A stretch of 63,350 nt of DNA, the filler included, from Reticulomyxa filosa (taxonomy: Eukaryota > Protista > Foraminifera), in assembly GCA_000512085.1 (NCBI GenBank). It is 16 parts of 16 records of this genome, joined end to end, with 100 filler letters (N's around TTAATTAATTAA, not from the genome) between each part and the next. Parts side by side here need not be neighbours in the genome. Positions count along the whole stretch, not along the records: positions 38,106 to 50,756 come from ASPP01019969.1; 15 more parts are not named here. The stretch is one strand, 5' to 3'. This document shows, in pieces, positions 38,762 through 50,856 of the stretch. Both the position numbers and the translations under genes were made by a program. The notes under the pieces are model-generated. The model had not been told where the DNA came from and did no database searches. It worked only from the letters and a program-made list of their open reading frames with translations. Position 1 is the stretch's first letter. The number at the start of each line of letters is the position of its first letter.

Positions 38762-40992
38762 TCACCACAATTCCTGGACATATTTGCCTGATTTCAACCA
38801 AGTGTTTATATCCACGTGCTTTTGGTGTGAATCAATGACCTCTTGAAACACAGCACGAACAGCCTTGCCCATGGCAGGTTGACCACAAACAAAAACTTGT
38901 GCATTTTTGTTGATGAGCAGATCATATAAAGCATCTGAGTTTTCTTTGATTAAATCTTGAACATAAACTTTGTGGCTTTTCTCACGACTAAAAGCAACTT
39001 TGAGTTGTTTGAGACATCCTCCATTGGCATGTAAGGATGATTCTAAAAACTCTTTGTAAACATAGTCTCGGTCGGGATAGCGACATCCAAAGAACAGCCA
39101 CCAATCGGCAAAAGTGCCTTCTTGAATGGTGTATTGTCCAGAGGAAATCAAGTGATTTCCCTCCTGCAAAAACCCGCGAAAGGGGGCAATGCCAGCACCA
39201 ACACCAACCATAATGACAGGTATTTTGGGCAAAGGCAAGCGGAAGGAAGAGGGTTGAACAAATATTTGCATGGCATCATTGACTTTGCTTTGGCGTAAGT
39301 AGTTGCTTGTAACCCCAATAAAAGTCAAATCTTCGGAGTCGGCCAATTGCATTTCCATTTTGGCGGTGATTGCAATACGATTGGGTTGAGCCTTATTGCT
39401 GCTCGCAATGGTATAATAGCGTGGTTGCAATGGGCGAAGTATTTCAACGGTAGTGGCCAAGTCAATAGCAACGCTGGGGAAGGCTCGAAGTAATGAGACA
39501 AAGTTCCAAATTGTGGGTTGATCCGTGGCAAGCGTTTTGGAAGCCATGTCTTGCAATTGAGCTTTTTCGCGTTCATCCAAAGCAAATTGGGCCATAACCT
39601 GAAGCGTCTGTCGCTTTGGAATGCCATTGATATCCAGATACCACAACAGCAAATTGCGAATAGAAACGATGCTAGGAATGGCAATATTCAAAGGTTCTTG
39701 ATTTTTATTGCGAATGCGGATGACGTCATCAGGATTTGCGCGCAGCCTTTGGCACAGAAATTGAACCGCTTTCAGATCATTTTTCGGGACAATTCCCAAA
39801 TTGTCTGCCGTTTTGTAATTGAAATGCAGACCATTGCTCGACTTCAATTGAGTGATATCAAACTCGACATGCAGGGTGGACCCGTCGTCAGCGCGCGGTC
39901 TGGCCTCGTGGATGTCCGTGATCAAAGCCTTCGTGACCTGTTCCATCCAATGATGACGACGATAGGGCAGCAGTAAATTGGGATTGATGCGTACATCCTC
40001 CGCATAGCAATTCTTAAACTTGGCCTTGGTCTCGGACACAACGCTACGTAGCTCGGCCTCGCTAAACGGGTTATGAATACGCAAAGCCATCTGTCCATAC
40101 AACCAATGCGTATCATAATCTCTGTCAAATGTGGCCCATTGTGTGTTATTCTTTTCTTTTCCCTCGTCATTATCATGCTTCTCTTCCTCTTTCTTCTTCG
40201 TCATCATCATCTCCTCTTGGTCGGTGCTCACGGAAAAAATTTGCAAACTATTGACAAAAGTTTGAAGGTCTGCTGACGATTCATCCACAGAAATTCCCAG
40301 ATATTTCATTGTCAAAATTGGCCACAAAACTTGCTTCCAATCATTGAATTGATCTTCGATTGATCCCTTATCGTCATCTCCAACTCCTCGGTCCAATAGA
40401 CGATGTCCTCCCAACTTGTGCAATTCATAGTCAAACTGCTTCCCCATTTCGTTAAAAAATTCGTATTGCGAATTCCCTAAACCGAATACTGCAAATTCGA
40501 TTTGCTGCAACTCTCCTTCCATACGCTCGTCGCTTATCAGCCATTGATAAAACTCTTGCGCGTTGTCGGTGGGCTCGCCTTCGCCATATGTCGCCACCAA
40601 AAATATCACCAACTTTTCATTCGTGATCTCGCTCAGGTCGTAGTCTTCCAAGTCCACCACTGTCGCTTTGAACCCAAATTTCTTCGCCTCTTTGCTCATG
40701 TCGCATGCAAACCCTTCTGCGGTCCCGCTTTGGCTGCCGAAAAATATCTTCATTGGAAATCCTTTGTCTTTTTCCTCACTCTTACCTTCCTCCTTTTTTC
40801 TTTCTCTTTTTCTTTCCCTTTCTCCTTTTCTTTCTCTTTTTCTGCTTCTTTCCATTTTTCCTTGTCCTTTTCTTGTCCTAATGTCCCTCTTGTTGTTGCA
40901 TTGTTTTGCAAGTCATCAGGTTTGAACAAGTATTTATACAGAATATAGGAGGAGACTACTATTATTACTGCTGTCAACAGAAACGCAAACAT
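38762..40992 (-). CDS. POR: NADPH-cytochrome P450 reductase with N-terminal membrane anchor
   Basis: FGSQSGTAEGFA, ATYGEGEPTDNA, FGLGNSQYEFFN, PRYYTIASS, GVGAGIAPFRGF, FFGCR, AFSRE, YVQD, and a C-terminal ELW. The TM-anchor ORF (ATG 40992) joins through a 1-nt indel in an A-rich tract near 40797. Confidence 0.92.
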
Positions 40993-41253
40993 GGATAAAT
41001 TGTGGATGAAATTTTGCCCCCCTTTCGGAATTTTCAAACCTTGCCAGCTAACTTTTGTATTGCTCTTGGGATTTTAGTATGAAGAACTTTAAGAGGAGAA
41101 TAAATAAACAAATTTTTGTGTCCTCTTGAAGAGTGTGAAACACACAGACAAAATTTTTCACATTGAAAAAAAAATTGAATATAGGAAAGTATAGTAAGAA
41201 ACACAAACCAAAAAGAAAAAAATATTAAAAAGAAAAAAGTTTAGTTTGTTTTA

Positions 41254-43226
41254 TTAAGATTTGCGCTTTCTTGCGACACGTGGAACATTTTGGTAGTTTC
41301 GATTGAGATTGGAAGATTGGTCCGTGGCATGTCGCGCGAATTTGGGATAAAAGAAATATCCCAGAATAAGGGCAGTGGCAACACCAATTCCAACATACCA
41401 CAAATACTGCCGAAAGAGACCATCTTGCTTGCGAGAGTTTGGGTTTTGATTATTGTTGTGTGAGGAGCGTTTTGAGGAAGGAGGATGATTGGATACATCA
41501 GTCTGATGAAGATGACCATCGGTGGAATGTGTGTCGTGTTTTTCCTCAACAGAAGAAGAAGCAGGAGGAGGAGGAGGAGAAGCAGAGGAAGCAAAGCTAA
41601 TAGTATTGTTTGGATTATTATACGTGGAATGACCAGCAGTGGCAGACACATGAGCATTTGCCGTCGATGGATTGTCATATTGCAATTTGGATTTGAGATT
41701 GGGCAAGTGTGCGGTATTGCCGGTATTGGGATGACCAGAGTCGGACAAGATGCGAAGAATGGAAGGATCGTTTTGATCGTGGACGAACGAGTCATTGGCA
41801 GAGGTTGGACGAGATGGGTCGTTTGGAGTATTTGGGACAGGTGGATGAGTAATGACAGTATGTGTGCTATCCTCACTCTCTTCGTTGCTTTCCATACTCT
41901 CTGATCGAACCTTGTTCTTCTTCTTCTTCTTTGATGTCGTTTTCATCTCGTCAGTCTCAACATCTTTGTCTTGGGAAGAAGATGAAAGGGGCGCTGTGGT
42001 CATGGACTCTTTTTTTTTTAGTGACATGGTCGAACTATTTTTGACTTGGTCATTTGCATTTGCATTTGCATTTGCATTTACATTTACATTGCTATTGGAA
42101 TTGGGATTTGTGTTTGGATTTTGATTTTGCAATTGTGACTGTGACTGTGATTGTGATTGTGATTGTAAATGTGATTTTGTTGCAGATTCGAGAGCCATAT
42201 CTTCGTCAATATCCATGCTCGCATGCTGGTTGTCCATGTCAATACCCATCATGTCGCTGTCAATATCCATATCCAATCCCATTTTTTGGATATCTGCAAT
42301 CAGGTTCTTTTTATAGGAGGGGTCCAATTCATAATGCATTTTGAAGGATTGGTTGTCTTGGTAAATCCTCAATCCCGTATCACTTCGGTTCATATTGCCA
42401 CTCAAAGTCCCCGACTCCGAATGCACAGAATCTTCCAGAGATTCCGTGTCACTTGGACGTCGTGAATATACTGTGTCTGTGTTTATGTTTGCAATTGTAT
42501 TTGCGTTTCCATCTGTATTTCCATCTGTATTTCCATCTGTATTTGCATTTGCGCTTATCTCATCCATCTTTCTTGTCTCGTCGTTTTTGCGTGATTCTTT
42601 CTTGTTCTTTCTTCTCCTCTTTTCATTCGAACCTTTATCTTTATTTTCTTCCTCTTCTTCATCATCATCTTCTTCTTCTTCTTCTTCTTCTTGCTCTATG
42701 ACTTGCTCTTGTTCTTGTCCTTGTTCTTCTCCCTCTTTTTTTTCCTCTTCTTTTTCCATTTTCTCTTCGTTGTCTTCTTTCTCATATGCATATTCGATTT
42801 TGCTTTGGCTTCCCAGTTCCTCAACCTCATCTACTATGCGAACGGACATATCGTCGTTTACATTTTCATTTTCGTCGTCTTCTTCTTGCTCATCTTTAGC
42901 CTCGTTCTCACTCTCATCCCCATTTTCATTGTTGCTCGACTTGCCCTCGCTTATTTTTTCCAAATTTATGTCCTCCAACAGCGCTGTCGCTTTTTTTCCA
43001 TGCTGCAATGAACTGCGACGTCCGCTTGGCTTCAATTTCAATTGCGCTTTCATCGGTTTCAATGTTATTGTTGTTGCTGTTGTTTTTTCCTCACTTTTTG
43101 CTGCAATGTGGCCATCTCCATTCGCTTTTTTACACACAAGTTTTTTTTTTTACTTTTAACATTTAATATAATTTTTAAAACCTTCTCGCCCTACTAACCT
43201 GCTTCAATTTTTATATTTGGGTCCAT
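41254..43226 (-). CDS. Low-complexity, probably tail-anchored membrane protein
   Basis: Short first exon MDPNIKIEA and intron 43125-43198. The body is acidic and N/S-rich, likely disordered. A single TM (YLWYVGIGVATALILGYFFY) is followed by a short basic tail. Confidence 0.7.
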
Positions 43227-43549
43227 CTACAACTCAAAAGGACAATTAATCACCAAAAAAGAGTTAACAAATATAAGAACTTTTTGGTAGATTTCGTCAA
43301 AGGAACATTATGAGCCGAATGTTTTTTTCCCCGAATGCGTTTCCCCCTTTCGGGGTTCTTTGCTTTGTTTTGTTTTTAACATGTCATTATGTTTTGAATC
43401 GTGTATAAAAAAGACCGAAGCTGACAATGCAGATTTGGATCGAAAAGCACATTCCAAGTACAGAATGTTTGACACGACACCGACTCAATTGAAATGAACA
43501 CTTCTGTACACTTAGGACCAAGAAAAACTAAAACCAACAAAAGATGTAT

Positions 43550-46500
43550 TTACATGGTTGAATCGGCACGATTCAAAGTATGTCCAGTTTTGGTACCCGA
43601 TTTTCCACTTCTGGAAGCGTTGTTGGTTGATAAATCGCTTCCAGCCATGTTTGAACTGTCTGTGCTGGACATGTTGGAATCTTCCGAATTTTGGTCTTTG
43701 CCTTTGGTCTTGACTTCTTCTCCATGGAACCATATCATGTAATACTTGCGCCAAAATATGAAACCCAGCACTGCTTCCAATGCAATCCATGAAGCAATTC
43801 CTCCCAGTACTTGTTTTGCCTCAGGAGGCACCGAATTGATGACACTGATAGGGACCATAAACAACATGATGAGTGCCAATGTATAAATGGCAGCTCCCAA
43901 CCAAAAGGACTCATTGAAATTTTTGGGGACATCTCTTACACCAACGGCCAATCGAACAAGCCACAAAAGAAGGATCACTCCGCAAGCCAAGCTAATTGTC
44001 AAAAAGATGTTATTCAGAGAGCAGTATTCTTTGTTGGTGCCATCGGATTCAACTTGCCATTCAGTCCAGTTGGATTGTACAAACGTCCATGCCAGCAAAT
44101 ATCCCAGTATGACCAGAGAGGGCAGAACAAGGAATAAAAGGAACAATCGTGTGGTAGTGAAGTTGAATCGTTGGAATTTCTTCTTGGCAGTGTAGAATAT
44201 CATATAGATGCGCCAAGTCTTGCCAGTGATGGGTGCCATGATGAAGATAAAAGAGAAATGTAACAGCCATACCATTAACTGACAGGGTGCATCTTGTGGC
44301 ATGAAAGGCAGCAAAATGATGGAAACACTCAGCAACAAACATCCGAATAAGATAATTACCAAAAACGGAGGAGTGGCACCTCGGATAATAGGTGACTCAC
44401 GATACCACCACATGAGGAGAGCAGTGGTGATCACAGAGAATATGCCGACAATACCAACGGCGGAGTTGATAGCAATTGTCCACAACTGAGGAGTATACAC
44501 ATGGTTGGAATACCTTGCCGTTACACTTTGGTTGAATGAATATGGTTGAGTGTAAATATCAAGTGTCAAATCCAATTTTTTGTTATTGTGGCGAATGCTG
44601 TCTCCTGGCGTGATGAAAAATTCCAAGGAAGCGGTTCCTTTCGAAAATGTGTCTTCATATCTGCCCGTCAATTTTACATCTGCTCCTGAAATCGAGACCG
44701 ATAACACCGTGGTTTGCTCCAATTGCGTCACGATTTGTCCATAGGCATCGAGCAATATGCCTTGAATTTTTACTTTTTGCTTTTGATTGAGACCTTTGCT
44801 AAGATCGGTACCATAGGTCAACTTCAATTTCTGTGGTCCTGTGCCTGTGTCACTTCCGAATGCAGCACCATTGTTTTGGTATTGACAATTGCTACTATTG
44901 GAACCACAAACAGGACATTTGCCTTGCTCGTCTATGTAGATTGCTCCACCACTGTATTGTGCCTTGTTCTCTTGGAATTGCACATAGAAAAAATCAAAGG
45001 AAGGACAGCTTTGTAACCACAAGCCACCGCCATTGTCTGCATTGTTTTTCACAAAGGTCGAATTGAGCAACTGGATTAAAGGAACATCACATCCCATTCC
45101 TCCACCCGATTTGGCGGAATTTTGCGAAAATGTGGACGCGCTATCTTGTATCCAGCCTTGAAGAACGTGGATACCTCCGCCCTCCATATTTGCATTGTTT
45201 GAATCGAAATTGTTTGAATTCAATTCAATACTTCCCATTTGCACGTACACAGCGCCTCCATTCATATTGGCCTGGTTTTTGGACAGAGAATTGGAAGACA
45301 GCATCAACAGAGGACTCGCCGACCATTCAAAAAAGTTTGAGCTCGCGGAGGAGGTAAGTGCAATAGCGCCTCCATTGTCGGCAGAATTGTTATCGAGGGT
45401 GGAGTTTAACAGCGTAACGTTCATTCCCCACAACGGTGCATGCGTAAGGAAGATTCCTCCACCAGTGGTAGCTGCATCGTTGTTTGCAAACGTGCATTGC
45501 TCCAACAAAATATTGCCTCCGGTTATCGTTAAGCCTCCACCTGAGCTTCCCGCGATATTTTCAGAAAGCGTGACATTCAATAAATAGTGAAATCCACTGG
45601 ACACATCAATCATTATGCCTGCACCTGTTTGCGATGCACTGTTGTTCACAATCCTTGAATCATTCATTTCAAATCTGCATCCATGGATGTAAAGTCCTCC
45701 TCCTTGCTGGGCCGAGTTGGTGGTGATCACCGTCCTTGAAATGTAATTGGGCTTTGCTGCACAAATAAAGTAACCATCCCCGTCAAACAAAAAGCCTCCA
45801 TTCGATTTTGCAATATTATCCTGGGCCAAGGTGTTCTCGATATTGTAATTTCCTTTGTCAATAAATATGGCTCCACCTTGGGCAGATGCAAAGTTTTGTT
45901 GGAATGTGCAATTACTCAAAAACAATCGGAAAGCAGGAGCATAAAATCCAATGGCTCCTCCTTGATCCGCATGGTTTTCCTGGAACGTGCAGTTGGTAAA
46001 GACCACGTCTCCGTAGTTGTGAAAGGTAGCCCCGCCAAGCTTGTCACCACTGTTGCGATAGAACAGGCTATTCTGTATTGTCAATGCACTTGCTGACGAA
46101 CTCAACGCTCCTCCTCCAAAAGGTCTTATTATTTCATATTGTGTGAACATGTTACAACTCATCAAAAACAAAGCAACAAAAAAATAGCATATAAACATAT
46201 ATGTATAAATTACAAACCCGTGGTTTCCAGAAAAGATTGAGTTAGTAATTATTGCAGCACCCACTTCCAAGTGGACACCAGCCCCATAGTTGATTGCCGA
46301 ATCACTCATGAAATTAGAATTCAAGATGGAACTCGAAATCATAACCGAGTTCACTACATACAAAAACAAAGCTCCGACAGACACTCCGAGAGTGTTGGTG
46401 GAATTGACGTGAGTCAAGTCAGCGGTATTGGTCCAAGTAACGATCATACAGCCACCAATGGCATATGTATCAGCGCAAGTAAACCCATCCACGGTTAGAA

Positions 46501-49048
46501 CCCCACTGTTTTCCATAACTAGACACGCCGCAAAACCGCTGGACACATTTTGGCAGAGTATGTTTTGGAGATTAAGTGATGAAATAAAGAGTGCCTCTAC
46601 ACAAGCAGTAGCAAGGGCAAAGGAATTTTTGCACGTGACGCTGTCCGAGCTCACATAAGAAATGCCATTGGCATAAAAGCACGACGACTCAAAGTTGTAA
46701 ACAGTATCACAAGTAATGCTTTGGGAAGTGAGCGTTTGGCCACCGGCGGCGAATATCGACATCTGGGAGTCGATCGCATTATCAATTGATATATCATTGA
46801 GTATAGCCGAATAAAAAGAGAGCACATATACACAGCCAGCGACTTTCCCGGTCGTGTCCGTACAAGTAATATGCTGCACGTCAATGGAAGTGATGGTATA
46901 CGTATACGTATATACGCAGCCCGAAAAAAGAGAAGCCGAGGTTTGATAGCATCCCACATTGGAGATCGTAACGCCATAGTTATACCTAGATCCGACACAA
47001 GCGCTTTCCCCGCCGCTCGTGCCTTCGCAATAGACAGTATCTACCGTTACATAATTAACTTGTTCGGTCCATATGCATGCGGACACATTTCCTCTGATCG
47101 TAGTACAGGTAAGGCCATAAGCGTACACTTGACCTCCATACGCGGCAGCAATTGGCGAGTAATGTGCTGTGAAGCGTCCACTCATTTCAATATCGGATAT
47201 ATGCATAGTATCGAAGTATTGCACATCGAGTGCTTTTTCCACAGACGAACTACCATTCCAGACTACGTTTGAAGCATACAGTAATTGTATATTGCGAAAG
47301 CAAAAAGTAGATTGGTCACAAGATAAAATGGGAGATCCTGAAACAAACGTCAAGCTACTTTGCAGAGACGTGTTAGTCAACTCCACAGCCCAGCCATAGG
47401 TATAGAAATCGCTTCCGCCGATCAGGTGCACAAAGGATATTCCATTGTTGATTGTGTGGACTTGATCAATGGTCAACCGCCCATTCTGAGAAAGAGGGGA
47501 ATTGATCCACACTCCATGCGTCTCCGAGCGTTTCGCAAAAGTAAGCAAGATACGAGACAGCCCCAACTGCACAAGGCCTGGGTTGTACGTGTTATTGAAC
47601 ATGGACAAGTCCAAGGTAATCAGTTGGCCAATTCGCGGATCGGTATCACTTTTCGCCACGCTGACATTCAAATCCTGCACTTGGACCGCGACGTTGATGT
47701 TGAGTTGACCGACGTACAAATGCACCAATATGCTGTTTTGCGCAAAGACGCGACATTGCGACGGCCTGTCACAACCGACTGTGACACTGGTATTGCGATT
47801 GGTATACCATATGTACTGAGCATTGGACATGTTCCAATCCGTGGCAAAATACACCAAAGACGTGGCATTGACGGAGGTCCAAATGGCCTTTTCGACAGCG
47901 TCTTCAAAGCTCGTGGTCTGATAGATGAAAGAAAAGGAGGAGTTATAATACGCATCAATGGAATTAAAGACCAGAAATTTCTCGACATTTGTCACATTAG
48001 TAATGAGTTGTGTCCACGTGACAGTTGACATGTCCAAATACTGCAAATCACTCGAGCGGCCGTCATTGTTGGAAATGCCACCAAACATCCACAAAATGTT
48101 CTTTTTGAAAATGCTGGCCGATTGTGCCAAGGGTACATACAAACGTGGCCCAAAGCCAGCAACGGACAGTGTGGTGAGATTGTACACTTCACTATTGATC
48201 ACGTTAATGGCACAACGATACAACTCATCAGCTTGCAGACATCCTCCAATAATCAAAATATGCTCCTCTTCATTTGCATCCGGCATTGCAAAAACACCGG
48301 TGCCGAATCTCGGGATTTGCAACTGGGCTTGAAGCACCGCTTCTCCGGTCGAACGATCCACTGACCATATATCCGATAAAGGCTGGCTGGTTACATAGTC
48401 CAATCCTCCAAACATCAAAATCTTATTCGTTGATGCGCTCCACACACACGATCCGTAAAATGCAAATGACGATAACGATATTTCCTCGGTTACATTCGAC
48501 CATGTCTCGTCCATCGTGTTATATTCCAAACATCTTGAATAGTGCTCGCCGCTTTCCTTCACGCCCAAAATGTTCACAAAGATCGCCGATCCTCCGTCCG
48601 AACACAATGTCACTCCTTTGACTGTTGCCCATGCGATACTTGTCTCTTGTGCTATCTCTGTCCTCGCGGTTACGTTGTATATATGCCATGTTATATCTTG
48701 ACTCCCTCCTACTTTCAGGTAGTAAATCGCATCTCCAATTGCTACGCTCTTGTGTTCTAACATCACGTTATCCACTTGGTTTGCTGTACTCCCGTTCACT
48801 GTCGTTGCTTGACTGTGCTTCGCCAATTCCACGTCCGTTATATCGAATTCAATGAATTTATCATTCACATCATCGCTTTGTCCAGACTCGCCGCCTATCA
48901 TCACAATCTTTTCATTACTTGCCTCGTATGCGATCATCGCACCGTACAACCAGTACGACAACGCGTCTTCCGTCAAGTTAAATTGTGCTATTGTCGCTTT
49001 TGAAGGAGCGAGAACAGCTAACGCTGTTGCCAATGCTAGCAAAAACAT
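43550..49048 (-). CDS. Giant class C (7tm_3) GPCR-like receptor with Kelch propeller and Pmp-like parallel beta-helix ectodomain
   Basis: Signal peptide, Kelch GG motifs (MIGG, MFGG, IIGG) and many FxxN..GGAI repeats. The 7TM carries SPIIRGATPPF, GKTWRIYMIF and VRDVPKNFNES. In-frame 93-nt intron at 46125-46217. Confidence 0.88.
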   Translation of the reverse strand: MFLLALATALAVLAPSKATIAQFNLTEDALSYWLYGAMIAYEASNEKIVMIGGESGQSDDVNDKFIEFDITDVELAKHSQATTVNGSTANQVDNVMLEHKSVAIGDAIYYLKVGGSQDITWHIYNVTARTEIAQETSIAWATVKGVTLCSDGGSAIFVNILGVKESGEHYSRCLEYNTMDETWSNVTEEISLSSFAFYGSCVWSASTNKILMFGGLDYVTSQPLSDIWSVDRSTGEAVLQAQLQIPRFGTGVFAMPDANEEEHILIIGGCLQADELYRCAINVINSEVYNLTTLSVAGFGPRLYVPLAQSASIFKKNILWMFGGISNNDGRSSDLQYLDMSTVTWTQLITNVTNVEKFLVFNSIDAYYNSSFSFIYQTTSFEDAVEKAIWTSVNATSLVYFATDWNMSNAQYIWYTNRNTSVTVGCDRPSQCRVFAQNSILVHLYVGQLNINVAVQVQDLNVSVAKSDTDPRIGQLITLDLSMFNNTYNPGLVQLGLSRILLTFAKRSETHGVWINSPLSQNGRLTIDQVHTINNGISFVHLIGGSDFYTYGWAVELTNTSLQSSLTFVSGSPILSCDQSTFCFRNIQLLYASNVVWNGSSSVEKALDVQYFDTMHISDIEMSGRFTAHYSPIAAAYGGQVYAYGLTCTTIRGNVSACIWTEQVNYVTVDTVYCEGTSGGESACVGSRYNYGVTISNVGCYQTSASLFSGCVYTYTYTITSIDVQHITCTDTTGKVAGCVYVLSFYSAILNDISIDNAIDSQMSIFAAGGQTLTSQSITCDTVYNFESSCFYANGISYVSSDSVTCKNSFALATACVEALFISSLNLQNILCQNVSSGFAACLVMENSGVLTVDGFTCADTYAIGGCMIVTWTNTADLTHVNSTNTLGVSVGALFLYVVNSVMISSSILNSNFMSDSAINYGAGVHLEVGAAIITNSIFSGNHGFVIYTYMFICYFFVALFLMSCNMFTQYEIIRPFGGGALSSSASALTIQNSLFYRNSGDKLGGATFHNYGDVVFTNCTFQENHADQGGAIGFYAPAFRLFLSNCTFQQNFASAQGGAIFIDKGNYNIENTLAQDNIAKSNGGFLFDGDGYFICAAKPNYISRTVITTNSAQQGGGLYIHGCRFEMNDSRIVNNSASQTGAGIMIDVSSGFHYLLNVTLSENIAGSSGGGLTITGGNILLEQCTFANNDAATTGGGIFLTHAPLWGMNVTLLNSTLDNNSADNGGAIALTSSASSNFFEWSASPLLMLSSNSLSKNQANMNGGAVYVQMGSIELNSNNFDSNNANMEGGGIHVLQGWIQDSASTFSQNSAKSGGGMGCDVPLIQLLNSTFVKNNADNGGGLWLQSCPSFDFFYVQFQENKAQYSGGAIYIDEQGKCPVCGSNSSNCQYQNNGAAFGSDTGTGPQKLKLTYGTDLSKGLNQKQKVKIQGILLDAYGQIVTQLEQTTVLSVSISGADVKLTGRYEDTFSKGTASLEFFITPGDSIRHNNKKLDLTLDIYTQPYSFNQSVTARYSNHVYTPQLWTIAINSAVGIVGIFSVITTALLMWWYRESPIIRGATPPFLVIILFGCLLLSVSIILLPFMPQDAPCQLMVWLLHFSFIFIMAPITGKTWRIYMIFYTAKKKFQRFNFTTTRLFLLFLVLPSLVILGYLLAWTFVQSNWTEWQVESDGTNKEYCSLNNIFLTISLACGVILLLWLVRLAVGVRDVPKNFNESFWLGAAIYTLALIMLFMVPISVINSVPPEAKQVLGGIASWIALEAVLGFIFWRKYYMIWFHGEEVKTKGKDQNSEDSNMSSTDSSNMAGSDLSTNNASRSGKSGTKTGHTLNRADSTM

Positions 49049-50856
49049 AGTCCTCAACTGATACGATATTTCAAAAGTTTGTACGTATTTAAAAAAAATT
49101 TAAAAAGTGAACCCTGATTCTTTTTAGTCGCTCTTAACGCTTTTTTCAGTTAACGGCTACACGCTTCGTTTTTTACGCATGCCTTTTTTTTTGAAGAGGA
49201 AGGAGATAGATTTACTTACTAAATAAAAAGCGAAATTAAAAAAAATGAGCAAATATGATTTAGATGACGATATCGATAGCAAAGTACATATAAATTACAA
49301 ACTAGTAATTGTAAATACAAGTAGCTTTGTAAGCATGATTTAACTGCAATTTTGTCAAAATAAAAAAAATGTATTGATTTGGTGTTTTGTATCCACTATT
49401 AAAATAAAAATATATATGAACAATATCCAAGTAGATACTATATTGCAATATTATGTCATAATACAAACATTCAGTTCTATGTACTGGCAGTTACGATCCA
49501 ATGTGCTATTGTTTCAACATTTCAAATATCTTCTAATTGTTGTGATTCAGTCACCGTCGTGTATGTAATATAAAATATGCACAAAAAAAAAATCAAACTA
49601 AAATCAACAACTACAACATTGTAATTTATTCAAGAAAAATTAAAATTTATTTGAAATGTAAATATATGTTATCGAGTTTACTAAAAAAAATAAAAACAGT
49701 TTTGAATGAAGATCGTAATTTTTTTCATATTTTCAAAATATTTAATAAAAACAAGCATACTTTTGTGTAAACTATTTATAGACATATAATTCATTTTACA
49801 ATAATTTAAATTAATCATTGTGGGACGTCTGCTGATAGTGGTACACTAACTGTAATACGAGAGGTGTTTACTAAGAAAAGAATAGTGATTTCGTAAAACG
49901 AAAGAAATTGAAATAATAAAACAAGATAACAAAAGAAAAGCAAGAAAGTAAGAAGTAAGTTTTTTGAGTAAGTTTAACCTACATTGACGTTCAGATATTT
50001 ATAATAGGGACTTGCTCTACATTCCCCCCTCTTTGTCCCATCTGGACAACATAAGTATGCTTGATCGTCTGTTACATTGCATATGTCGATAATGTGTTTG
50101 TTTATTTTGTTCATTATCTTTTTACGTTCTATGACTACCACCACTTCTTCCACATTATTCAATGGTTCCAACGGTGGAAGTGACTTGTTTAATGGTTCCA
50201 ACGATTGAGGTGATATTGATCGGAGCATTTATTGGAGTTGTGTTAGGAAGATGTTGGTATCTTTACATTGACAAAACTTTTTTAAAAAATTTTGCTTATT
50301 TACCTTTTTTCAATAATCTGAAATTTTTTCTTTTCATTATTTTGAAAACATAAAAACTGTCTTCACAATGTCACAATTAATAAAAAAAAAACAATCTACA
50401 AATTTAGTAAATTTTAAAAGCCGAAGAATTGATTTTGGTCAATGTTTATTTTTCCAAAAAATTAAAATTTTTTCAAAGTGCAAGAAAATTGCTCCCGAAC
50501 TTTCGCAATTTTTTTATTTACTCACAGTTTCAGATTTTGATCTATTCAAAAAACAAAAACAAGCAATGTTTAACAAGAAAAAAAAAAAAAGACAAAAAAG
50601 ACAAAAAATAGATCAGACAAAAATTTGATATCCCCACATTGACTACAAGCTCCAGGTGGTTTCTGGCCAAACAATTTTGAATTGTTTTTTAGCATCACCT
50701 GACCATGCGCAATGTGAAAATTTATTCTTAAAAAAAAATAAATTTTTGCTCATATTNNNNNNNNNNNNNNNNNNNNNNNNNNNNNNNNNNNNNNNNNNNN
50801 TTAATTAATTAANNNNNNNNNNNNNNNNNNNNNNNNNNNNNNNNNNNNNNNNNNNN

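Noticed and set aside
38106-49048. Four co-oriented, closely spaced minus-strand genes as a polycistronic unit
   Set aside because: The functions are unrelated, four genes is within chance, and other contigs show convergent and divergent pairs.
49974-50228. 84-aa ORF with an internal LEPLN duplication and Cys cluster
   Set aside because: Short, with no recognisable family and weak coding evidence.
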